From positions 15,066,001-15,130,000 of the forward strand of contig OZ316776.1 of the NCBI GenBank assembly GCA_973851085.1: DNA of 64,000 nt. The letters run 5' to 3'. Source of the DNA: Ptychomitrium polyphyllum. Lineage: Eukaryota. Below are positions 12,501 through 21,657 of the stretch, piece by piece. Position 1 is the first letter of the stretch. Every line of letters starts with the position of its first letter. The notes beneath the pieces were generated by a model. The model ran no database searches. It worked only from the letters and a program-made list of their open reading frames with translations, and was not told the DNA's origin. The translations under genes and the position numbers were made by a program.

Positions 12501-14977
12501 CCTTGCAGCAACTTCCACAGCAAATTGGGGAGTTGAAGGCTCTTACACACTTGTATCTATCAGGGTATTCATCTTGCAGCAACTTCCACAGCAAATTGGG
12601 GAGTTGAAGGCACTTACACACTTGTATCTAACTAGGTGTTTATCCTTGCAGCAACTTCCACAGCAAATTGGGGAGTTGAAGGCTCTTTGGCAATTGGATC
12701 TATTAGATTGTTCATCCTTGAAGCAACTTCCACAACAAATTGGGGAATTGAAGGCTCTTCAACACTTGGATCTAACTCGGTGTTCATCCTTACAGCAACT
12801 TCCACAGCAAATAGGGGAGTTGAAGGCTCTTAAGTACTTGAGCCTAAAAGGGTGTTCATCTTTGCAGCAACTTCCACAGCAAATTGGGGAATTGAAGGCT
12901 CTTACAAACTTGTATCTATTAAATTGTTCATCCTTGCAGCAACTTCCACAGCAAATTGGGGAGTTGAAGGCTCTTACGGAGTTGAAGCTAAGAGGTTGTT
13001 CATCCTTGCAGCAACTTCCATAGCAAATTGGGGAGTTGAAAGCTCTTCTGAACTTGGATCTATTAGATTGTTCATCCTTGTAGCAACTTCCACAACAAAT
13101 TGAAGAGTTGAAGGCTCTTACATCCTTGGATCTATCATGGTGTTCATCCTTGTAGGAACTTCCACAGCAAATTGGGGGTTTTAAGGCCCTTACAAACTTG
13201 TATTTATATGGGTGTTCATCTTTGCAGCAACTTCCACAGCAAATTGGGGGGTTTAAGGCCCTTACAAACTTGTATTTATATGGGTGTTCATCTTTGCAGC
13301 AACTTCCACAGCAAATTGGAGAGTTTAAGGCCCTTACAAACTTGTATGTATATGGGTGTTCATCCTTGCAGCAACTTCCACATCAAATTGGGGGGTTTAA
13401 GGCCCTTACGAACTTGTATTTATATGGGTGTTCATCTTTGCAGCAACTTCCACAGCAAATTGGGGAGTTTAAGGCCCTTACAAACTTGTATTTATATGGA
13501 TGTTCATCCTTGCAGCAACTTCCACAACAAATTAGGAAGTTGAAGGCTCCTACGGAGTTGAGCCTAAAAGGGTGTTCATCTTTGCAACAACTTCCATAGC
13601 AAATTAGAGAGTTGAAGGCTCTTTGGCAGTTGGATCTATCAGAGTATTCATCCTTGCAGCAACTTCCATAGCAAATTGGGGAGTTGAAGGCTCTTGAGTA
13701 CTTGAGCTTAAAAAGGTGTTCATCTTTGCAGCAACTTCCATAGCAAATTGGGGAGTTTAAGGCTCTTACGGAGTTGAAGCGAAGAAGTTGTTCATCTTTG
13801 CAGCAACTTCTACAGCAAATTGGGGAGTTGAAAGCTCTTCTGAATTTGGATCTATTAGATTGTTCATCCTTGCAGCAACTTCCACAACAAATTGAAGAGT
13901 TGAAGGCTCTTAAGTCCTTGGATCTACCATGGTGTTCATCCTTGGAGCAACTTCAACAGCAAATTGAGGAGTTGAAGGCTCTTACATACTTGGGCATAAA
14001 AGGGTGTTCATCTTTGCAGCAACTTCCAGAGCAAACTGGAGAGTTGAAGGCTCTTACGCACTTGTATCTATATGGGTGGTCATCTTGGCAGCAACTTTCA
14101 CAACAAATTAGGAAGTTGAAGGCTCTTATGCACTTGTATCTATGTGGATGTTCATCCTTGCAGCAACTTCCACAGCAAATTGGCAAATTGAAGGCCCTTA
14201 CATACTTTGATCTAACTTGATGTTCATCCTTGTAGCAACTTCCAGAGCAAATTGGAAAATTGAAGGCTCTTACGAACTTGGATCTATCATGGTGTTCATC
14301 CTTGCAGCAACTTCTACAGCAAATTGGGGATTTGAAGGCTCTTATGGAGTTGATGCTAAGAGGTTGTTCATCCTTGCAGCAACTTTTATGGCAAATTGAA
14401 GAGATGAAGGCTTTTACGTCCTTGGATCTATCATGGTGTTTATGCTTTGAGCAACTTCCACAGCAAATTGAAGAATTGAAGGCTCTTACATCCTTGGATC
14501 TATCATGGTGTTCATCTTTGTAGCAACTTCCACAGCAAATTGGAGAGTTGAAGGCTTTTTAAAACGTGGATCTAAAAGGGTGTTAATCCTTGCAGTAATT
14601 TCCACAGCAAATTGAAGAACTGAAGGCCCTTACATACTTGGATCTAACTGGATGTTCATCCTTGTTGCAACTTCCAGAGCAAATTGGAAAGTTGAAGGCT
14701 CTTAGGCAGTTGAATCTATTAGATTGTTCATCCTTGCAGCAACTTCCACAACAAATTGGAGAACTGAAGGCTCTTACGCACTTAGAGCTGAAGGCTCTTA
14801 TGGAATTGAAGCCAAGAGGTTGTTCATTTTTGCAGCAACTTCTACAGCAATTTGAGGAGCTGACGACTCTTACGCACTTATATCAATTAAGGTGTTCATT
14901 CTTGCAGCAACTTCTCCAGCAAATTGAAGAGTTGAAGGCTCCTAAGCACTCAAAAATATCGTGGTATTCATCCTTGC
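9538..14977 (+). pseudogene. Non-TIR NLR (RPW8/CC-like - NB-ARC - very long LRR); disrupted and truncated by an LTR retrotransposon
   Basis: ATG at 9538 follows a tttgcag acceptor. Motifs: P-loop GRGGAGKT (10089-10112), kinase-2 LLILDDVW, RNBS-B LITTRN, GLPLAL, RNBS-D CFLYFAAFPED and the MHD variant VHD. There is a frameshift at ~9811-9866, a first in-frame stop at 11643 and further stops/frameshifts in the LRR. Confidence 0.93.
11319..14977 (+). repeat. Coding tandem array of ~51 x 72-bp units (24-aa LRR, consensus LxxLxLxxCSSLQQLPQQIGELKA)
   Basis: The unit tgttcatccttgcagcaacttccacagcaaattggggagttgaaggctctt plus a 21-bp variable segment repeats with a 72-bp period. Units were counted from the translations. 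Confidence 0.97.
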
Positions 14978-15845
14978 TGTCACGGACATAGATCATGCAT
15001 CATAGTCCTTAAGACATTCTAAAACCTTCTAGTATACTATAATAGCTTCTTAGAATACTTTTAAATGTATCCATAATCTTTCCATATTCTTAGGAAGCTT
15101 CATACGAAAGTTCCTCCACCATAAGAAACTTCCTAGGAAGGTTCTATCATCTTAGGTAACTTCCAAGGAAGGTTCCATCATCATAGGAAACTTCCTAGTA
15201 AGGTTCCATCATCTTAAGAAACTTCCTGGGAAGGTTCTATCCCTTTAGGAAATTTCCTAAGAAAATTCCAACTCCTTGGAAGCCTCTAAGGAAGGTTCCA
15301 ACTCCTTGCAAGACTCTTAGGAAGGTTCCAACATCTTAGAAAACTTCTTGGGAAGGTTCCCTAGACTTCCAGAACATTCTTAAGCCTTGTAAGAAGCTTC
15401 TTTAGAAGTATCCTAGGAGATACAAGCGTCATAGTATAAATAGGAGGCAAGACAAGGTATTCCTTAGTCTTGCCAATACAAGTTGTGGATCATCTTGAAT
15501 CCTGCCTTGTTATAGTCTTCGTATCAGATTCTTGTTAATCATTAGCTCTTTAGAAGCTAATTCTTGGAAAAAACTTCGTTTTTTCTTCTTGTTTCTTGTG
15601 TTCCTAACAATTTCGCAAGACTACTTTTCATCTTTGTCAGAGCTAAGGTTCTTTGAAGAAGATTGTGGATTACCCATCTTCTTTAGGATTCCATAGCGTC
15701 TTAGAGGTTGCGGATTACCCTCCTCTAAGCTGGCACCATAGAGTTGGTTTTTCCTTCTAGAACCAAGTATTACTTCTTTCAAAGGACGTGGATTTTCCTC
15801 CTTTGAAGGTACTCATAGTCTTCTTATCTTTGCCAATCTTAAATA

Positions 15846-16855
15846 ATGGATAACGTGCCTGGAACATCAGAGAATAAGTTTGCAACTATTGCAGACCTTC
15901 AAGAGTTATTAAACACAGTTCGAACGGAACTCTCCCGTTTTAATACCACCAACAATTTGGAGCAACATACTCGGCAAGCTGAAGAATCCAATGGTGATAT
16001 TCAAAGCTTATATCAAGAGGTTGTTTGATTGCGAGAGGCCAATATTGGAAGGGAAGGCTTATGTTGAATCCATGCAAAGCCAAAGAATAGCATGCCAGAC
16101 AAGTTCGATGGATCAAGATCAAAATTGAGAGGCTTTGTTCAACAAGTAAGACTCTTTCTTAGTTTGCATCAATCTCGCTATCCTTATGGCATGACTCAAG
16201 TGGGATTTGTGGCCACTCTTTTATCAAACAATGCACTATTGTGGTTTGCACCACTAATGGAGAAGCAATCTCCATTATTAAACAACTTAGATGCTTTTAT
16301 AGAAGCATTGACATCTACTTTTAAAAACATCGACCGAGATAGCGTGGCTGAAACAAGAATCCAAAGTCTCCAATAAGGGCAGCGCTCAGCTGCTACATAT
16401 GCTGCAGAGTTTCGACAATCCTTGATTGGAATGATAAAGCCTTGGTCACACAATTTCAATGGAGCTTAAGAGAGAATGTCAAGGACTTGCTACTCACAAT
16501 GCCAAGAGTTGAAACATTGGACGAATTCATCACTCAGGCAATAGCATGTGACAACAGACTATTTGAGAGGCGCCAAGAACAACGCTTGGGATGGCGACCA
16601 ATACATCAAAGCATGGCTACCACTTCTTCAAGAGCATCTGAAAGCCGACCGCAAGGACCAGAACCTATGTAAATTGATGCTGCCCAGTTCAGATGCATGA
16701 CTCCAGAAGAAAAAGAAAGGCGTCGAAGAGAAAACCTATGTTTGTATTGTGGCAAGTCTGGACATAAAGTGCGCAACTACTAAATCAAAGGATCTACCTT
16801 TAAGGCTCATAGCACAATGGTGGAGTTGGAAAACGAGGCTGTCCAGTCACAGTAG
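15846..16855 (+). pseudogene. Family-A gag with zinc knuckle, disrupted
   Basis: PDKFDGSRSKLRGF capsid motif (PEG10/RTL-like) and CLYCGKSGH knuckle. Stops at 16026, 16374 and 16670, plus an 11-bp deletion near 16419 relative to copy 2. Confidence 0.9.
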
Positions 16856-16860
16856 GGACC

Positions 16861-19800
16861 ATGCGACTGGACACCACAAAGAAACGACCATCAAATCAAG
16901 GTCTCTTACTACCTTCAAGCCCTACCTCTTGTTTTACATTTCCTATCAAAATTAATTTGTTAGATGATGAAATAATTAGCGAGGCTCTCTTAGACACTGG
17001 TGCAACGGCATGTTTTATGGACAAGGATTTTGCAACCAAACATCACATGGTGCTTACGAAGAAAAAATATCCCGCACCTGATGAAGTTAATGATGGACGA
17101 TCTCTTGCGTCTGGCAACGTTATTGAAAAAACTCAACCATTGGACGTTGTTTTAGGAGACCAGACATCTAAGATTGTCTTCAACATCATTCAATGCCAAA
17201 CAAATCCTATTGTTTTGGGCCTTCCTTGGTTTAAATTACATAATCCAGACATTGACTGGCGCTCACGGAATGTAGTCTCAAGGAAAAGTTGTCAAGGTAC
17301 GAGAGATCTTGGACCATCATTTATTGGAGCAAAGGCATTTATGAGAGCAACAAAGGATGAACCAATCTATGCCGTTTATGCCACGCCAATGTCTAGCTCA
17401 ACAATAGAGACTAATCAAAACATACCTCGTCAATATCAAGATTATAAAGACGTTTTTGAAAAGAAGAATGCGGACATGTTACCAAAGCACCGGCCATACG
17501 ATTGTACCATTGAATTGCAAGAAGGAGCCCAACCACCTTTTGGACCTATTCATAACTTATCACAAACAGAGTTGGCTGCCTTGAGAGAATATATTGATGA
17601 AAACCTTGGAAAGGGTTTCATTCAACATTCTAAATCACCTGCTGGAACACCCATTCTATTTGTAAAGAAGAAAGATGGATCATTACGTATGTGCGTGGAC
17701 TATCGAGGCCTCAATAAAGTAACAAAAAAGAATCGCTATCCATTACCATTAATCTCAGGACTCCTACAACAACTTGGCCAAGCAAAGATATTCACCAAAA
17801 TTGACCTTAGAGGAGCCTACAATCTTGTACGCATCAAAGAAGGAGAGGAATGGAAGACAACTTTTCGATCTAGATATGGTCATTTTGAATACAATGTCAT
17901 GCCTTTTGGCCTTACTAATGCTCCCGCAGTCTTCTAACATATGATGAATGATATCTTCCATAAATATCTGGATGATTTTGTAGTCATCTACTTAGATGAT
18001 ATTCTGATATATTCAAAGGATGAACAAGACCACAAAGGTCATGTGCGATTGGTCTTAAAAAAACTACGCCAGCGAGGATTATATGCTAAATTGGAGAAGT
18101 GCCTTTTCCATGAATCCTCGGTTGAATTTTTAGGCTACATCATTTCCAAAGGAGGAATCCATATGGATAAGAAGAAAATAAGCACTGTCATGGAGTGGAG
18201 TACGCCAAGATCAATTCGAGATGTTCAGTGCTTCTTGGAATTTGCAAACTTCTACAGGATATTCATCAAGAATTATTCCAAGATTGTGACACCATTAACA
18301 CATCTTACGGGGAAGCAAAAATTCATTTGGGATGAAGAGGCGGAAAAAGCACTTCAAAGTCTTAAGAAGTCATTTATGTCGGCTCCAGTTCTTATTCATC
18401 CAAATCCATCAAAGCCTTTTTATTTGGAAGCGGATGCCTCAGATTTTGCGCTTGGCTCAGTACTCTCACATTTTGATTAAGACGGGAGGCTTCACCCGTT
18501 TGCCTTTTGTTCAAGAAAGTTCTTAGCGGCAGGGATCAACTATGATATACATGATAAAGAACTACTTGCAGTTGTAGATGCGTTCGAAGAATGGCGACAC
18601 TTATTGGAAGGAGCTCAACATACCATCACAATATACACAGACCACAAGAACTTGGAGTATTTCATGAGTGCGTGCGTTTTGAATCGCCGTCAAGCAAGGT
18701 AGAGTATGTCGCTTTCCAGATTTGACTTTATCATTATTTATCGATCTGGTAGCTTGCAAGGTAAGCCAGATGCCTTATCTCGAAGATCTTATTTAGCTCC
18801 TCAACCTGGAGATGATGTCTTGAATCAACAAAAGACTATTTTATTGAAACCAGAGAATTTTCAATTGAAAGCAACAATTATTACAACAACATCCCATCTT
18901 GACGAAATTCGAAAGGATTTGAAGAATGACGTCTTTGTTTCAAATATAAAGAAGCGCCTCAAAGACAATGGAAGTCCTTCAAATAGCGATGAGGACTTTG
19001 AATTCCAAGAGGGCCTACTTTATTATAAAGGACTTTTGTACCTACCTCCAGGCCCTTTGCGGTTGAAGATCCTTCAAGCACGTCATGATTTTCTAGCAAC
19101 AGGACATTTTGGATTCAATAAAACAATGGAGTTGATTGCAAGAGACTATTGGTGGCCACAAATGTGGAAGTACGTGAAGGACTTTATTCGATCATGCGAC
19201 ACTTGTGCAAGAGCCAAGGTACCAAGACACCAACCTCATGGTCTCCTCCATCCGCTTCCAGTGCCAAGGGGCCCATGGTTGTCTTTATCAATGGATTTTA
19301 TCACGGACCTTCCAAACTCCGATTCTAAAGATTCTATTTTGGTAGTGGTGGATTGATTTACCAAAATGGCACATTTCATTCCATGCAATAAGACGGTAAC
19401 GGGAGAAAAAACTGCCAAGTTGTTCCTAAATCACGTCTACCGCATATATGGACTACCATATGATATTGTATCCGATCGGAGGCCGCAGTTCATTTCCAAC
19501 TTTTGGAGGGCTCTATTCCAGCTATTGCGTGTAAAGATCAATCTTTCTTTAGCACACCATCCGCAAATTGATGGCCAAACCGAACGCGTGAATCAAATTT
19601 TGGAACAGTACCTTTGTTGTAGCATAAACTACCAGCAAGACAACTGGATGGATCTCTTGCCTTTGGTAGAATTTGCTTACAACAATACGGTGCATTCTTC
19701 AACAACTCAAAGTCCATTCTTTGCAAACTATGGCCATCATCCTCGAGCAGATCCATTTCAAGTGAAGCATGTTGGAAGTCCTGCGGTAGAGGATTTTGCA

Positions 19801-20340
19801 ATTCAATTTGCTAAAATCCATCAAGAAATTACCTTCCAGTTACAACAAGCTCAAGATCGTTACAAAACTTATGTAGATCGCCATCGGAAGGACCATCCAA
19901 AGTTCAAGGTTGGAGATAGCGTATGGCTCCTACGATAAAATATACAAACAAAAAGACCATCAAAGAAGTTGGACTATCAAAGGCTTGGACCGTTTGAAAT
20001 CAACAAACAAATAAATCCGGTTAGTTATTGCCTAAAGCTACCACCAAGCATGCAAATTCATCCAGTATTCCACGTATCGTTGTTGGAAACCTATAATAAA
20101 TCATGTATACCAGAGAGAATTGTCCCTCCGCCTCCTCCGCTGGAAATCAATAATGAAATTGAATATGAAGTGGAAGAGATCTTAGATTCACGCATCAAGA
20201 ACCGACGTGTGGAGTACCTCATACATTGGCAAGGATATGGCATCAATGACCGAACATGGGAACTTTCAACGAATGTAACAAATGCATTCGAGAAGGTACG
20301 CGAATTTCATCAAAGATATCCTCAAAAACCAGGTCAGTGA
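16861..20340 (+). pseudogene. Family-A pol (PR-RT-RNase H-integrase-chromodomain), disrupted by in-frame stops
   Basis: [48 protein letters not shown] and YEVEEILDSR..EYLIHWQGY. Stops include 17935, 18478, 19354 and 19936. Confidence 0.95.
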
Positions 20341-20939
20341 TGATGTGTCATCAGCAGCCGTTAGCTTCACAAAGAAGTTTTTCCTTTATAGACAAGCATA
20401 AGAAGGGAGGAGAGGAATCCAAGCCTCCAATTGTATGCAGCATTATTTCCAAGATAGATCATTTCCAGATCCTAGCCAGTATGTCAAATCTTCATGTTAT
20501 CATGGTTATGCGTGAAGAGCAGTCGGCCATGCCTTCATCAATAACAGCATCTGTTGAACCAACTCAACTTTCTCAGCCCTCGGTAACGGAGGATCTAAGT
20601 CAAGATATGAGAGGGACCTCCCAACGTCGAATACGACCTCGTGTAGAAGTATTGACTAGTCGCCCTTCACATTCCAGTCTTGATTCAGATGCTCGCGTTC
20701 TAGTCATCTTGTTAGAAATTGGAAGAGTCACTCCTGGAGGACCCGAAATCTTGTTTGGAGGATGTTTTAAAGGACTTAATCAAGATCAGATCTTGGGATG
20801 GGACATTTCAACAATAGAAGTCCTGGCTGGTGGCCATCGGCGTTTCTTGCAAGGACGAGTTGAGCCAATGAACAAAGAACAACAAGCGGAGTATATTACT
20901 TCACTTCTTCGACAAATTTTGGAATTTATAGAAATGTGA
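20340..20939 (+). CDS. Extra sense ORF (199 aa from ATG 20340, or 152 aa from ATG 20481) between the chromodomain and the PPT; unknown function
   Basis: Stop-free frame. The first ATG overlaps the pol stop (TGATG). The C-terminal half aligns with the family-C ORF at 44127-44477. Confidence 0.55.
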   Translation: MMCHQQPLASQRSFSFIDKHKKGGEESKPPIVCSIISKIDHFQILASMSNLHVIMVMREEQSAMPSSITASVEPTQLSQPSVTEDLSQDMRGTSQRRIRPRVEVLTSRPSHSSLDSDARVLVILLEIGRVTPGGPEILFGGCFKGLNQDQILGWDISTIEVLAGGHRRFLQGRVEPMNKEQQAEYITSLLRQILEFIEM

Positions 20940-21657
20940 CAAGCAAGCCAAGAAAATAGCTCCTCATGGGACTCGTCGCTAAATGAGGAGGTGATGTCTC
21001 GGACATAGATCATGCGACATAGTCATTAGAACATTCTAGAACCTTCTAGTATACTAGAATAGTTTCTTAGAATACTTTTAGATGTCTCCATAGTCTGACT
21101 ATGTTCTTAGGAAGCTTCCTAGGAAAGTTCCTCCACCTTAGGAAACTTTCCAGGAAGGTTCTATCCTCTTAGGAAACTTCCTAGGAAGGTTCTACCCCTT
21201 TAGGAAACTTCCTAGAAAAATTCCATCACCTTAGGAAACTTCCTTGGAAGGTTCTACCTCTTCAGGAAACTTCTGAAGAAGGTTTCGCTGTTTTAAAAAA
21301 CTTCCAAGGAAGGTTCCAACTCCTTGGAAGCTTCCATAGAAGGTTCCAATTCCTTGGAAGCTACTTAGAAAGGTTCCAACATCTTAGGAAACTTCTTGGG
21401 AAGATTCTTTAGACTTCTACAACATTCTTATGCCTTCTAGGAAGCTTCTTTAGAAGTATCATAGGAGGTACAAACGTCTCAGTATAAATAGGAGGCAAGA
21501 CAAGGTAATCCTAAGTCTTGCCAACACAAGATGTGGATCATCTTGAATCCTACCTTGTTCTAGTCTTTGTATCAACTTCTTGTTAATCATTAGCTCTTTG
21601 GAAGCTAATTCTTGGGAAAAACTTCGTTTCTGCTTCTTGTTTCTTGTGTCCCTAACA

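Larger units (their letters stand above)
14978..21657 (+). mobile_element. Family-A Ty3/gypsy chromovirus (Tcn1-like), copy 1; full-length but probably chimeric
   Basis: LTRs 14978-15609 and 20995-21657 (TG...CA); PPT aaatgaggaggtga 20981-20994; gag, PR, RT, RH, INT and chromodomain present. Flanks cttgc and tagtc do not match. Confidence 0.95.

Noticed and set aside
11680..12621. 313-aa Cys-rich antisense ORF and other alternative-frame ORFs in the LRR array
   Set aside because: These are shadow frames of the 72-bp repeat, with no independent evidence.
11319..14977. CRISPR-like appearance (constant repeat plus variable spacer)
   Set aside because: The period is a multiple of 3, it is in frame with an NB-ARC and it encodes LRRs. 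The variable parts recur, the context is eukaryotic and there are no cas genes.
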